Shown piece after piece: positions 9,046 through 19,179 of a stretch of DNA of 38,874 nucleotides (the stretch's first letter is position 1; the number at the start of each line of letters is the position of its first letter). The notes under the pieces are model-generated. The model ran no database searches. It saw only the letters and a list, made by a program, of their open reading frames with translations, and was not told the origin of the DNA. A program made the position numbers and the translations under genes. The DNA comes from Pseudobacteriovorax sp. Its GTDB lineage: Bacteria; Bdellovibrionota_B; Oligoflexia; Oligoflexales; Oligoflexaceae. Location of the stretch: assembly GCA_050293845.1 (NCBI GenBank), contig JBNKNM010000033.1:1-38874 (forward strand), written 5' to 3'.

Positions 9046-10467
9046 ATGGCATTCTTGATCTTTGCAGGTCTTTTGGCCCTTTTGTTTTACTCACCTGCTG
9101 CAGCGGTTGTCACTAACACCAGTTCCTTCGGAGTAGTAGGCACCCACCAAAAAGCTAACACCGATGAAGCGACTGAAGGATTCTATTCTGTCATGTCCCA
9201 ACGAGCCAGTTGGATTGCACGTACTCCCTTAGAGCATTCTGGAGATATTACCTTCGCGATAATTGGTAACGACAGCGAAAGCAACAGAAGTGCGCAATTC
9301 ACCGAACGATTTGAATGGAAGAGACGACGCTTGACCTCAGGTATAGTGTTAGAAGCCCTCATCTCTCGGAGTCAGGGGACGGGTTTTTTAAGCCTCAATG
9401 ACCAATTTGATCGTAACCAAAGCCTACAAACTATTGGGGACGAAGATGAATTGAAGACGACTCAATGGAATGGGCAAGCTAACCTACAGTATAGAATGGC
9501 CCCCCAGAGCACAGTTTCCTATGCATTAACTCAGGAGCATAACAATAATGAAAGCTTATCTGCTACTCCCCAGAAACAATCCATAGATTTAGAAAGTCAC
9601 AGTATTGATGGCAGTATATCTTTAGCTCCTCACATGGGGTTCGCTTTTACAGCAAGACGCGCCATATTAGACATCACACAGGACTCACAAGAGCTTACAC
9701 TCGATACCCAGCAAGAGGAAATCATATCCCAAGCTTTGCTAGTGCTTCAGCCGACTCGCTTGACGCGCATTGCTGCTGGGGTGTACCAACAGCTAGTAAA
9801 AGCTGAGCAAAATCGTATTGTTGCCGTAGGACCTCAGGCAAATTTGAGCCATCAATTCAGCAGAAATACAGCTTTAGACCTGACCTTCACCGCACTCAAG
9901 ATAAGTTTCGAAGATCAAGAAGAGCTTTCCTTTACGAATAATAGCCTACGATTGAGCCATCAGTTCAATCGTACCAAGGATATTGCCCTTAGCTATGAAA
10001 AACGTTTGGATACTGCCAGCGATGTTTATGAGCTATTCAATACCAGGGGGGACGAGCTGCCAATGCAAGGATCTATTTCCGAGTCTTCGCAATTCACCTT
10101 TAATCAGCGCTGGCGTCGCCTCACCCATCAAATTGAATTGACTCACACCACACTCTTTAGCGAAAACGACCGCCTGTCATTCCAAGAAACAACGGGACAA
10201 AACAGCATTGCACTACGCGTAAGCCGTGAAAGCACTATGGAATATCGATTCAGTTTACGCCAGCAAAAAGACTTTGTTGACGAACAGCTGCCTACCACTC
10301 AGATCTTTGGGCTTGAGATGGGTTACAGGTTGGATTTTGTTTGGGAGTCCGATATCAAATCCAGGGGTAATTTGGCGGCTACTTTACAAACAGAGATGCA
10401 ACGAGACAACATACAAAATCAAATAAGACGCACTAGTATGACCATTAATGCAACACTTTTATTTTGA
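9046..10467 (+). CDS. Putative large outer-membrane beta-barrel protein, candidate polysaccharide export pore
   Basis: Signal peptide, AAGGA RBS, amphipathic beta strands along the whole length (e.g. GQANLQYRMAP, GPQANLSHQFSRNT), terminal TINATLLF. Confidence 0.7.
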   Translation: MAFLIFAGLLALLFYSPAAAVVTNTSSFGVVGTHQKANTDEATEGFYSVMSQRASWIARTPLEHSGDITFAIIGNDSESNRSAQFTERFEWKRRRLTSGIVLEALISRSQGTGFLSLNDQFDRNQSLQTIGDEDELKTTQWNGQANLQYRMAPQSTVSYALTQEHNNNESLSATPQKQSIDLESHSIDGSISLAPHMGFAFTARRAILDITQDSQELTLDTQQEEIISQALLVLQPTRLTRIAAGVYQQLVKAEQNRIVAVGPQANLSHQFSRNTALDLTFTALKISFEDQEELSFTNNSLRLSHQFNRTKDIALSYEKRLDTASDVYELFNTRGDELPMQGSISESSQFTFNQRWRRLTHQIELTHTTLFSENDRLSFQETTGQNSIALRVSRESTMEYRFSLRQQKDFVDEQLPTTQIFGLEMGYRLDFVWESDIKSRGNLAATLQTEMQRDNIQNQIRRTSMTINATLLF

Positions 10468-10965
10468 TCCTGAATTGTAAAGATTTTCAAGGGATCGATA
10501 TTCAATCTTGATGATTTCTAACTCCAGCTCTCCTTTAGGGCGATGGAAAAGAACCAAATCACCTTCACGCTTATTCAAAATAGCCTTAGCTAAAGGGGAT
10601 TCCCAGGAGATCATCCCCCTGGATGCATCATTCTCACCTACCCCAACAATCATATATTTAGCCTCATTGCCATGCTCATCTAATAGCGTGACCGTAGCAC
10701 CAAATTCCACCTTATCACTTCTGATAAAACTAGGATTAACGATACGAACATCCGTGATCAAACCAGAGAGGTAACGTAGTCTCTTGTCAATTTCTCGCAG
10801 CCTCTTCTTGCCGTAGATATATTCTGCATTTTCAGAGCGATCACCTTCAGCTGCAGCTGTTGCCACCCCTTCCACCACGCGAGGTCTTTCCTCCTCCAGT
10901 AGTTGGCGATGTTCTTCAGCAAGAGCTTGATAACCCCAAGGTGTCATCGGTTTTTTTGCTATCAT
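10459..10965 (-). CDS. greB: Transcription elongation factor GreB
   Basis: AAAEGDRSENAEYIYGKKRLREIDKRLRYL and ISWESPLAKA are GreB-type motifs. Confidence 0.93.
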   Translation of the reverse strand: MIAKKPMTPWGYQALAEEHRQLLEEERPRVVEGVATAAAEGDRSENAEYIYGKKRLREIDKRLRYLSGLITDVRIVNPSFIRSDKVEFGATVTLLDEHGNEAKYMIVGVGENDASRGMISWESPLAKAILNKREGDLVLFHRPKGELELEIIKIEYRSLENLYNSGSK

Positions 10966-10970
10966 AACCG

Positions 10971-12563
10971 TTATAACCTAATAGCCCTAGCATTGGTTAG
11001 ATGAGCAATGGATTTCATCCTGCTTACAAGAGCTCCTGGAACATCGCTATCGATACCCAAAAGTGACATAGCTTTTCCACCCTGCTTGTTCCGACTCAGG
11101 TTAAACGAGCTAATATTCACACCTTCTCGTGCCAACTCCACCCCAATATTGCCTATAACACCAGGCTTATCTTCATTCTCAATTAAGATCATATTGCCAC
11201 GAGGCTCCACCTCAAAATAAAAATCGTTTACAAGAGTCAGGCGTAGATGCATCTCTTCAAAGACAACCCCACCTAAAGTGAGCGCCTCGCCATTACCCCC
11301 TTTTAAAGTAACCTTCAGCGCTGAACGATAACTAGTAAACCCTGGGTCCGAGGTTTCGGTGAAGTTGATCCCTAGCTTTTCGAACTCCTTGCTCGCATTT
11401 ACAAAAGATACAAACCCATCAACAACATGCTTTGCATATCCCTTCATAAAACTAAGCCTAATAATGGAGTTATCCAAATCAGAAATATCACCCCGATACT
11501 GAAACATCACTTCGTTGGGATTAAAGTCGAGAATTTGCCCTGCAATTGAGCCTAATTTTTCTGCTAATGTCGAGTAAGATTTTAAGATGGGCTTTTCGAT
11601 AACCCCGATTTCCGGAAGGTTAACATGGTAATCCACAACCGAACCCTCTATGGCCTTATTAACCTGCTCGACAACTGCCTGACCAATTGCAATTTGAGCT
11701 TCTTGTGTCGAAGCTCCTATATGGGGACAGCACCATACTCTATGATGCTGCACTAGTTCCGGATTAGGATCAGGTTCGTTATCAAAAGTGTCTAGGGCAG
11801 CACCAGCAATGAGATTTTGCTGCAATGCTTCCAGTAGATCAGACTCATTAGCAATCCCACCCCGTGCTGCATTAATAAAATAACCTTCGGGTCCAAGGTT
11901 CGCTAAGATCTCTTTGGTTATCATACCAGTTGTTTCTGTATTTTTAGGTACGTGGACCGAGAGGATGTCTACCATCTGAGCTAATTCCACCAGCGACTTG
12001 ACCTGCTTCGCACCATGCTTGGCGAAGACACTTTGGGATATATAAGGATCATAAGCGTAAACCTCAGCATCAAAGCCATGGCAAAACTTAGCGACCCGAT
12101 GTCCTACATTGCCAAGCCCCACCAAACCCACCTTGCGATTCCTGAGTTCGTATCCTGTAAACCGATGGCGATCCCAACCACCTTTTTTCATTGTATCTTG
12201 CGCTTCCGGAAGATGCCTCAATGTACTTAATATGAGCCCCAGAGTTAATTCTGCCGCCGAGTTGGTGTTTTTTCCAGGTGTATTCATCACCAAGATGCCC
12301 TTTTCGGTCGCGTATTCTAGGTCAATATTACCTACTCCCACAGCGGCCCTTGCGATAATTTTTAACTGATGAGCATGGTCAATGAGATTCTTATCGATGG
12401 TGGTTTCACTTCGCGTCACTAAAACATGAGCCCTTTTTAGCTCTTCTTGAAATTCGTGAAATTTACAATCTGGCTTATATAGCAACTCAATATTCTTATT
12501 ATGCTTGAATGCATGGATCGCAGTATCGTGTAGCTTTCCCGTAATTAGAACTGTGCTGGTCAT
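10971..12563 (-). CDS. serA: D-3-phosphoglycerate dehydrogenase, long form with ASB and ACT domains
   Basis: GLVGLGNVG, INAARGG, PHIGAST and C-terminal ACT motif NEDKPGVIG. Start moved to ATG 12563 (GAGAGG RBS). Confidence 0.92.
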   Translation of the reverse strand: MTSTVLITGKLHDTAIHAFKHNKNIELLYKPDCKFHEFQEELKRAHVLVTRSETTIDKNLIDHAHQLKIIARAAVGVGNIDLEYATEKGILVMNTPGKNTNSAAELTLGLILSTLRHLPEAQDTMKKGGWDRHRFTGYELRNRKVGLVGLGNVGHRVAKFCHGFDAEVYAYDPYISQSVFAKHGAKQVKSLVELAQMVDILSVHVPKNTETTGMITKEILANLGPEGYFINAARGGIANESDLLEALQQNLIAGAALDTFDNEPDPNPELVQHHRVWCCPHIGASTQEAQIAIGQAVVEQVNKAIEGSVVDYHVNLPEIGVIEKPILKSYSTLAEKLGSIAGQILDFNPNEVMFQYRGDISDLDNSIIRLSFMKGYAKHVVDGFVSFVNASKEFEKLGINFTETSDPGFTSYRSALKVTLKGGNGEALTLGGVVFEEMHLRLTLVNDFYFEVEPRGNMILIENEDKPGVIGNIGVELAREGVNISSFNLSRNKQGGKAMSLLGIDSDVPGALVSRMKSIAHLTNARAIRL

Positions 12564-12695
12564 AGCGCCTCTCAAAAACTAAGAAAAATAGTTGCCTCAA
12601 ACTATCATATGGCCGGCCATTCTTCTTGGTACAGCCACCAAGAAGTAAATTTTTTTTTCCTACGAACCTACGAATACGTAGATAATAGGAAACAC

Positions 12696-14165
12696 TCATC
12701 GCTTAGCAATAGTTTGAGGGATGGTCAATACAAAGGGTTTACCAAGGTGATGCCTAAATCGCGTTCGAAAGTAAATTTTATTATCGACAAGAATGGTTAG
12801 ATTTTGACTCTGCCCTGGATTTGCCCAGTAGTGCCACATATGGGACTGTGACTTATCTTGAAAAGCTTTAAACCCTCCCACATAAATTTCAGAGCCCTGG
12901 GGCAAGGGGCTACCCATCGCCAATTGCGCTGTTTTCCAAGATTTGATGGGAGGTCTTTGGGCCAAAGACTCAGACAGGACGGTACATTCCCTATCCTGCT
13001 CAGTACAAGGGGAGTTCAGCATTGTTAAAGCCAATCCTATCGGCTCTCTCTTCAAGCGATATCGTTTTTGGTTGAGCCCGATCACTTCTAAATCACCTTT
13101 GGGAAGCCAGAACGAAGGCATACCATAGGTAGCAACTACCCAATAATCGTTCTGACGCACAAGACGATACCTCCTATTGACATGATGCCGGACCATCTTG
13201 ATCATCAAGTCAGCAGTTTCCTCTATGGTCTTAGCAAAATTACGCAGAAAGGAAAGGCGCTGTCGCTCTCCCTGCCCATTAAGCCAGATAACACTGCCCT
13301 TAATAAAACCCACATTGCCGTAATGGGGAATGTAGTGGATATTGTATTTCCAACTTGCATTTCGCGACATCATCAAACCTTCTTCACTAGCTAAGGCAAC
13401 CATTTCAGGGACTATCCTATTTCCTAATACCCGAGATTGATGGGCTTCCATCAGAGTATTGTAATTTCTTTGGGATGGATTGTAACGGATATCGATCTGA
13501 TCAAGATGTTGAGTGTCTTGCCTTTCCATGCCCATGGGAGCGCCTGTATTCCTTGGTATTTCCTCTCTCCCTCGACTGGCAGTGTCTTTTAGGTTGGCTC
13601 TCGCCTTGATTGCGGAGGAAGGGGATATCTTTGGCGAAGCTTCTTCCACTTTCGGCTTTAACTCCAGGCTAGCTTTAATTTCAGTATCTCCAGTAGGAGA
13701 TATTTGTCGTGGTATTTTGACAGTCTTATACGCTGTCAAAATAACTCCATTAGAACCTTGTTTCTGCAAAGAAACTTCAAAGCTTACTCCTGGCTTGAGC
13801 TTCAAGTAGCGGCGCCACTCGCCGAAAGAGTCTGTGACACCAAACTCTTTATTTTTAATATGAACTTTAGCGCCAGCAATCGGATGTCCGTTCATTGATA
13901 TGGCTCTAAGTTCTAGAAGAACAAATGGCTTATGGGGTATAGGCTTTGTATATAGGCCTATTCCTATAAAGACCGTAGCAACTGTCAACACAAAAGAAAG
14001 CGAAAATATGAGAAGCTTTTTCCATGAATGAGATGATGGCGTCACACGTTGAGATGACGTACGTAAATCGCCTTTTTCAAACTCTTCAAACAAATCAAAC
14101 GGTTGTTCATAATCATAAATCGAGAGGCGATTAGATCGTGATGATTTCAAGGCGAAGTCCTCCAT
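12696..14165 (-). CDS. Single-pass membrane protein with carboxypeptidase-regulatory/PEGA-like periplasmic domains
   Basis: TM at about aa 51-72, then GHPIAGAKVHI...GVTDSFG and a C-terminal PQGSEIYVGG; GGGAGG RBS. Confidence 0.6.
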   Translation of the reverse strand: MEDFALKSSRSNRLSIYDYEQPFDLFEEFEKGDLRTSSQRVTPSSHSWKKLLIFSLSFVLTVATVFIGIGLYTKPIPHKPFVLLELRAISMNGHPIAGAKVHIKNKEFGVTDSFGEWRRYLKLKPGVSFEVSLQKQGSNGVILTAYKTVKIPRQISPTGDTEIKASLELKPKVEEASPKISPSSAIKARANLKDTASRGREEIPRNTGAPMGMERQDTQHLDQIDIRYNPSQRNYNTLMEAHQSRVLGNRIVPEMVALASEEGLMMSRNASWKYNIHYIPHYGNVGFIKGSVIWLNGQGERQRLSFLRNFAKTIEETADLMIKMVRHHVNRRYRLVRQNDYWVVATYGMPSFWLPKGDLEVIGLNQKRYRLKREPIGLALTMLNSPCTEQDRECTVLSESLAQRPPIKSWKTAQLAMGSPLPQGSEIYVGGFKAFQDKSQSHMWHYWANPGQSQNLTILVDNKIYFRTRFRHHLGKPFVLTIPQTIAKR

Positions 14166-14374
14166 CCTCCCTTAAAGGGCAATCCATACAACACGGATGC
14201 AACAAATAGGACGAATGCGATTTAAGACCTAAGAAAGCATAGGTCTTCTGATGGGAGTCACTATCCTAGTCTAATATTATCTAGGACTTCATAAATGGGA
14301 ATAAATTGCCCTTCAGGCTCAAAAAAAGCTATCCTGTTCCCATGGCATACTTCGCATTATTGACTAGGGGAGTA

Positions 14375-15208
14375 ATGATGAAAGTGTTAGGAGCTTTAGT
14401 GCTGTTTATTTCCTGGCTACCATCGTTATCTTTCGCCCAAAAAACCAAGATTTTACCACCGTCTCCTCCCCCCAAAGTGATCCCTCCTCATCCCACAATT
14501 GAAGACATAGAATCTGACTTAAAGCGTAAGCGTATGGAATCACAGAAATACCAACCAAAAAAAGCATCGTCTCCGGAACCATCCAAGCTGGAAGTCTTGC
14601 AACAACAGAATATTGATTTTCGCGACCTTCATCTTCATAATCAGGTTGGATTATTTCTACCTTACGTCCATACCTTTGGTAATTTGCGCAAAAATTACCG
14701 CATAGAGCCTGGACTTTCATACAAAATCGAAAGCAAAATTACCGCATCCAATTCTTACACGAGATCAAGCATCTGGCTTGGTATCCGATTACAAAGCTTC
14801 AATGGTTCTGCAAGCTATAATAATCAAAATGGGAGAGTGAACTTTTTTTATTTTGGGCCAAGCTTTTCTTACCTCTGGCTAATCGCCAAAAAAGTTAAAA
14901 AAGATCAAGATTCAAAAGAGGATACCCCCTCCAAAAAAACTCTCCCCAAAAGCCTAGAGCGTAATGCCTTAGTATTCTCCTCTGGAATTGCTTTAATGAA
15001 CCGATATGCAAGAGTAGGAGAGCAAGAGGTTGGTACCGGTGAACTTGAACAGGTAGATCTTACTCTTGATGGCCCAGGAGTTTGGTTGGAGGGACATTAT
15101 GTTCAAATTTTTGCCAGCACGATTAGCATTAACTACACTGCTGGCTTGCAAACAGGAGAAAGTAAAATTATTTTCTATTTCTCGACAGCCTTGGGTCTCT
15201 GGATTTAA
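14375..15208 (+). CDS. Secreted protein with Pro-rich N-terminus and a probable small outer-membrane beta-barrel
   Basis: Start moved to ATG 14375 (GGGGAG RBS), which gives a signal peptide ending SFA. PPSPPPKVIPP segment; beta strands ending FYFSTALGLWI. Confidence 0.6.
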   Translation: MMKVLGALVLFISWLPSLSFAQKTKILPPSPPPKVIPPHPTIEDIESDLKRKRMESQKYQPKKASSPEPSKLEVLQQQNIDFRDLHLHNQVGLFLPYVHTFGNLRKNYRIEPGLSYKIESKITASNSYTRSSIWLGIRLQSFNGSASYNNQNGRVNFFYFGPSFSYLWLIAKKVKKDQDSKEDTPSKKTLPKSLERNALVFSSGIALMNRYARVGEQEVGTGELEQVDLTLDGPGVWLEGHYVQIFASTISINYTAGLQTGESKIIFYFSTALGLWI

Positions 15209-15218
15209 AGGAGCATTG

Positions 15219-15851
15219 ATGGTGAGTGCATTACTGATGAACTCATGCAACAGCACATCAAACCCTCCCCCTCAGGAGCCTTCCTTTGAAGATTTGGATA
15301 GCGATGCTCTGGAAAATGAAGGACTAGAGGATATCACTGAAAGCCTGCAAAACAAAGATGAATACCCTACCTTACACCCAAAGGACCTTAAGCCTTGGAG
15401 CCTTAAGAGCCTCTTAATGACAGAAAAAAAGCCTGAAGAGGTCAGGCTGGTGGAATGCCGTAAAGAGATGTTGGCTATTAGCAAAAGCTTAATCAATACC
15501 GCTGACCTCCTGTCTTCCCAGGGAAAAATTTTTCCCGAGATCAACCAAAACCAAAAGCTTTATCATTGGTGTTTTTATTACGGTATGATGATCGTTGACA
15601 GTAAATTAAAATCCGATGCTTTAGGCACAACATTGAGCCAGAAAATTCACAATTTTCATCAAGAAATGAAAGCGTTATGGATACTTGCCACCACACTTTC
15701 GAAAGCTACCAATGACCCTCAGTACTTTAATTATCTACGACAACGCTACATCAAAATTTCTGAAGATCACTTTGCAAGACGCCTCAATATCGGCCAAGAA
15801 GCTCTGGGGGAAACTTCGCGAAAACCTGCTGGAGAAGTAGATTCTGAGTAA
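15219..15851 (+). CDS. Hypothetical helical protein, possible lipoprotein (start uncertain)
   Basis: AGGAG right after the upstream stop, then MVSALLMNSC; acidic linker followed by a helical domain. Confidence 0.55.
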   Translation: MVSALLMNSCNSTSNPPPQEPSFEDLDSDALENEGLEDITESLQNKDEYPTLHPKDLKPWSLKSLLMTEKKPEEVRLVECRKEMLAISKSLINTADLLSSQGKIFPEINQNQKLYHWCFYYGMMIVDSKLKSDALGTTLSQKIHNFHQEMKALWILATTLSKATNDPQYFNYLRQRYIKISEDHFARRLNIGQEALGETSRKPAGEVDSE

Positions 15852-15934
15852 CTAGTTGCTACAAGGTAAATTTTACCTCCTGATTCATTGGCATTCTCTC
15901 CGAGTAGAGTTTTGCTAGATCAGGAGAGAGCACT

Positions 15935-17137
15935 ATGAAACTTTTTATTAACCTCCTATTAGGGTTGGGCCTTGCCACAAATGGCTTATGTGAGTCAGCT
16001 ATGTCGTCTCCCACTGGCGCCGCCACTGATCCTTACCCGACACAAAGGGATTTTTCCACGGCGTCAGAACCCAGCACCGTAGCCGACGGACCAACAGTCA
16101 GACGATTTCATGAAGTTCTTGAAGAGCTTCTGGTTGAATTTGGTCATGACATCAAAAATGGGCAGATTAAAGCTCTAAAAAATCTTTCTATTAGAAAGAC
16201 TATGGTAAGTGATACTCTTCCTAAGTCCTATAGCAACTATGTCGAATTATTAGTAGCTGAGAGATTCCGGGAAAACTCACGGATTAAGTTGATTAGCTGC
16301 TTGCCTTGCAAGACAAAATCGTCACGTATTATTAATCAAAAGCTAGTCGTTACCTCCCCCCATACAAACATGGAAGAAATGGCCCGAGCGGCCGATCAAT
16401 TAGGTATCGATTACTTTATGGATATCATCCTGGTCTATCATACAACCCATATGGTATTGGCGTTTCAAATTTTCAATACTCAATCCAAGGAGCTTGTTTG
16501 GGCTCGTACTTACAACAGCGAAACTATAAAGAGTCGTTTTCAAAAATTAGCTGTCGACTATAATCAAGTTGTTAATTCAAGAGTTAGCGAAGAATACGTT
16601 CCCGAATGGCGTTATCTTGCCGGCTTTGGTGGTGCTAGTATTCCTAATGTCGTCAGCGGTGCTAGAGAATCAAGTATGCTCACAATTCACCTCCGTGGAA
16701 CAGAGAAATTCAACAATCGACGCAGTGAATTTGGATTATTAACGACGTTGAATCTTTCCACCTCGTCTATATTAAGCGAGTACCCCACTACCGGAAACGC
16801 TCAAAATACCAGTACCCAAACACAATCAACAACGGCTACTCCTACACCGTTTACCGCTGCTGTAGGAATTTTTGGAATCTATGGTCATAATTTTTTTGGA
16901 CAGCTAGAGAACTTCGACAAAATAAGGTTCGGCATCACCTCTGCTATAGGGCTGCACCTAGCTGCCGGTTATCTGGCACCGACTTTGCGCCTTGGTGCTG
17001 ATGTATTCTTAGGTAAAAAATTTATGATTAGTATTGCAGGTCTATATGTAGGTAATGCCAATATTTTAATCAATAATGAATTTGTGAAAACCGATGGAGG
17101 CTCTGGTGGTGACATTACGATTTCTTATAGCTTTTAG
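15935..17137 (+). CDS. Secreted two-domain protein: periplasmic alpha/beta domain plus C-terminal outer-membrane beta-barrel
   Basis: Signal peptide; CsgG/LpoB-like pattern (AADQLGIDYFM...FNTQSKELVWARTY); CLPC motif; terminal GDITISYSF. Confidence 0.65.
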   Translation: MKLFINLLLGLGLATNGLCESAMSSPTGAATDPYPTQRDFSTASEPSTVADGPTVRRFHEVLEELLVEFGHDIKNGQIKALKNLSIRKTMVSDTLPKSYSNYVELLVAERFRENSRIKLISCLPCKTKSSRIINQKLVVTSPHTNMEEMARAADQLGIDYFMDIILVYHTTHMVLAFQIFNTQSKELVWARTYNSETIKSRFQKLAVDYNQVVNSRVSEEYVPEWRYLAGFGGASIPNVVSGARESSMLTIHLRGTEKFNNRRSEFGLLTTLNLSTSSILSEYPTTGNAQNTSTQTQSTTATPTPFTAAVGIFGIYGHNFFGQLENFDKIRFGITSAIGLHLAAGYLAPTLRLGADVFLGKKFMISIAGLYVGNANILINNEFVKTDGGSGGDITISYSF

Positions 17138-17861
17138 TGTAGTAATTAATGCCTGTCAAAGCTCCTCTAAGCATACTTCTTCAGATGACTATCAGGAGAT
17201 TGTCCAAGGGACAATAAGCTACCCCTTTTATCTCGATACCGACCCTATTGGTAAAAATGGGAATGAGGATAAATTTGTGATCAGAACCATTGCTGGTGGC
17301 ACTGAATACATTGTAGAAATACCTGATGCCGCCACCGATTATGAAATCACAGTACCTTTGGCCACCATTAAAGGGGGAACATCTGACTCAGATTCGGCAT
17401 TAAAAAAAGCTCGCAACGCACAGTTAACTGATCGGGAGTTAATAAGTCAATTTCCCCGGCTAGATGCAGCTACAGAGGAAGATAGGATATTGCTTGATAG
17501 GGCATTTGGTGTTGCAGAAAATGGCGGCCCTCGTCAAGCTCCCAGCTACACCATAGGGCTTGCCAAACTTAGCAAACTCTACAAACAGACCGACTACGAA
17601 TTGGCTTTGATTGAAGTGAATAACCTACTGGCCTTCTATCCCACAAGCTCAAGACTGTATAAGATGAAAGGTTCAATACTAATCAAGTTAGGTAATCTAA
17701 GGCTCGCAGAAAAATCTTGGATACGCGCATCAGAGCTAGCGCCCGACGATCCTGTGGTTCAGCGTGGCATCACCAGCCTGAGGCAAAAAATAAAAGAAAG
17801 GCAAATTATGGCACAGCAACAAGCAGTAAGCCTCCCCGAACCGAGAGACAACCCCCAATAA
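17094..17861 (+). CDS. TPR-containing lipoprotein
   Basis: Lipobox INAC; TPR segment LYKMKGSILIKLGNLRLAEKSWIRASELAPDD. Confidence 0.75.
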   Translation: MEALVVTLRFLIAFSVVINACQSSSKHTSSDDYQEIVQGTISYPFYLDTDPIGKNGNEDKFVIRTIAGGTEYIVEIPDAATDYEITVPLATIKGGTSDSDSALKKARNAQLTDRELISQFPRLDAATEEDRILLDRAFGVAENGGPRQAPSYTIGLAKLSKLYKQTDYELALIEVNNLLAFYPTSSRLYKMKGSILIKLGNLRLAEKSWIRASELAPDDPVVQRGITSLRQKIKERQIMAQQQAVSLPEPRDNPQ

Positions 17862-18695
17862 TCAAAAAAACTGCTCACAGTTACGGCGGGGTTTCAGCCG
17901 ATAGCATTTTTCCTTTGTTGCTTGTATAGCCTTCTCGTCCAAGAGTCTTACCGAATCGACATCAAAACGAAATTGATGGTCATCTTCTCGTTGAACGTAG
18001 CCCGCAACTTCGAAGAGATTGGGTGTTTTAACAAGAGTATTTTCTCTTCCAAAGAGACGAACATATAATGGCTTACCCGCCTGAAAGTTGTTCCAACCTT
18101 CTGAGCGAGAAATTTTCGAGAATAGTTCTAAGGTATATCCTATATCCGCGTCGCTATATTCTACCACTTCCCAATAGACAACGGTAAAGGGATAATAGGC
18201 GATAAGTTTAGAGTCTTCGGGTATAGGTAAATGCCTTTTAAGCTCTTTCTCAACACTTTCTTGCGAATTTATCAGCATAGGACAAGAATTGGTAAACTTA
18301 AACTGAACTAGTTTAGGGGCATATTGGCTTCCCTTCCAATCATATTCACCTTTTCCCCCCGTACAAGGAAAACCCAGAGCAGTCCAAGGGGAACCTTTCT
18401 TGATCCCATTGGCACCGGTAGTGGTTTTGCATTCATTGAGAAACTTTACAATCAACGCACCTGTTTGGCTGACAAACTGCGGCAAATTTTGTAATTCTTC
18501 CGCGAGGGGGACACAATCGGGATCGCCTTGGCTAGGGTTTAATGACTTTGACTCAGAGATACGCTCTTTGGGAATATAGTCCTGAGTATCATTAGTACGC
18601 AATTCTTCAGCTGGTCTTATTTCTTGACGGCTCACACAAGACAATAATGCTTGCATCCCTAACAAAAAAAGGACTCCCAGCCCCTTTTTACACAT
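17862..18695 (-). CDS. Cys-containing hypothetical lipoprotein
   Basis: Start moved to ATG 18695, giving MCKKGLGVLFLLGMQALLSC with lipobox LLSC; several further Cys residues. Confidence 0.65.
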   Translation of the reverse strand: MCKKGLGVLFLLGMQALLSCVSRQEIRPAEELRTNDTQDYIPKERISESKSLNPSQGDPDCVPLAEELQNLPQFVSQTGALIVKFLNECKTTTGANGIKKGSPWTALGFPCTGGKGEYDWKGSQYAPKLVQFKFTNSCPMLINSQESVEKELKRHLPIPEDSKLIAYYPFTVVYWEVVEYSDADIGYTLELFSKISRSEGWNNFQAGKPLYVRLFGRENTLVKTPNLFEVAGYVQREDDHQFRFDVDSVRLLDEKAIQATKEKCYRLKPRRNCEQFF

Positions 18696-19019
18696 TCCTT
18701 CACTCCCCCTAATAAAACATCCGTCTAAAAATAGTATCATGATCAATACTCTTTTTAGTAGCGAGTAGCAAGAAATCTTTTGACATCCCCTTCCTTGCTC
18801 ATTCCCTCACGTGAGCTTCTAAGGAAGAGGATTCCCTTTTCTTAACTTTACGTGGTAAGAAACATTTTTGGCTGCTACTTTAATGTGGAAAGATTCAACT
18901 TTCGCGAGAGATTCACCATCTGTACCCATGATGATTCCGCAATTTAATGTCACGGATACTTTATCAGGCAGAAATTTATATGATCTCTAATCTATGCGAA
19001 CACATTGTTTTAGGGAACC

Positions 19020-19045
19020 GGTGGGGCTTCCCGTGAGGCCCCACC
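19020..19045. terminator. GC-rich hairpin downstream of flagellin, possible terminator
   Basis: GGTGGGGCTTC-CCGT-GAGGCCCCACC; no clear U tract on either side. Confidence 0.45.
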
Positions 19046-19179
19046 TAAACACAAACATTACATGATTTGATCGATAGTTCATCTTAGGCTTTTTAACATT
19101 ATCAACTCTACTCTGAGTATTGCAACACAGTATCATTATAGTTGAATGGCCTTTGAGAACCAGCGAAACAAAGTTATAT

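Noticed and set aside
12609..12660. Palindrome ATGGCCGGCCAT and hairpin CTTCTTGGT/ACCAAGAAG upstream of serA
   Set aside because: The T-run is on the opposite strand for terminating this operon and no leader peptide is seen; function unsupported.
14306..14374. ORF-track N-terminal extensions (also starts at 12575, 15066, 18746, 32190)
   Set aside because: Downstream starts have better RBS sites and give proper signal peptides or N-termini.
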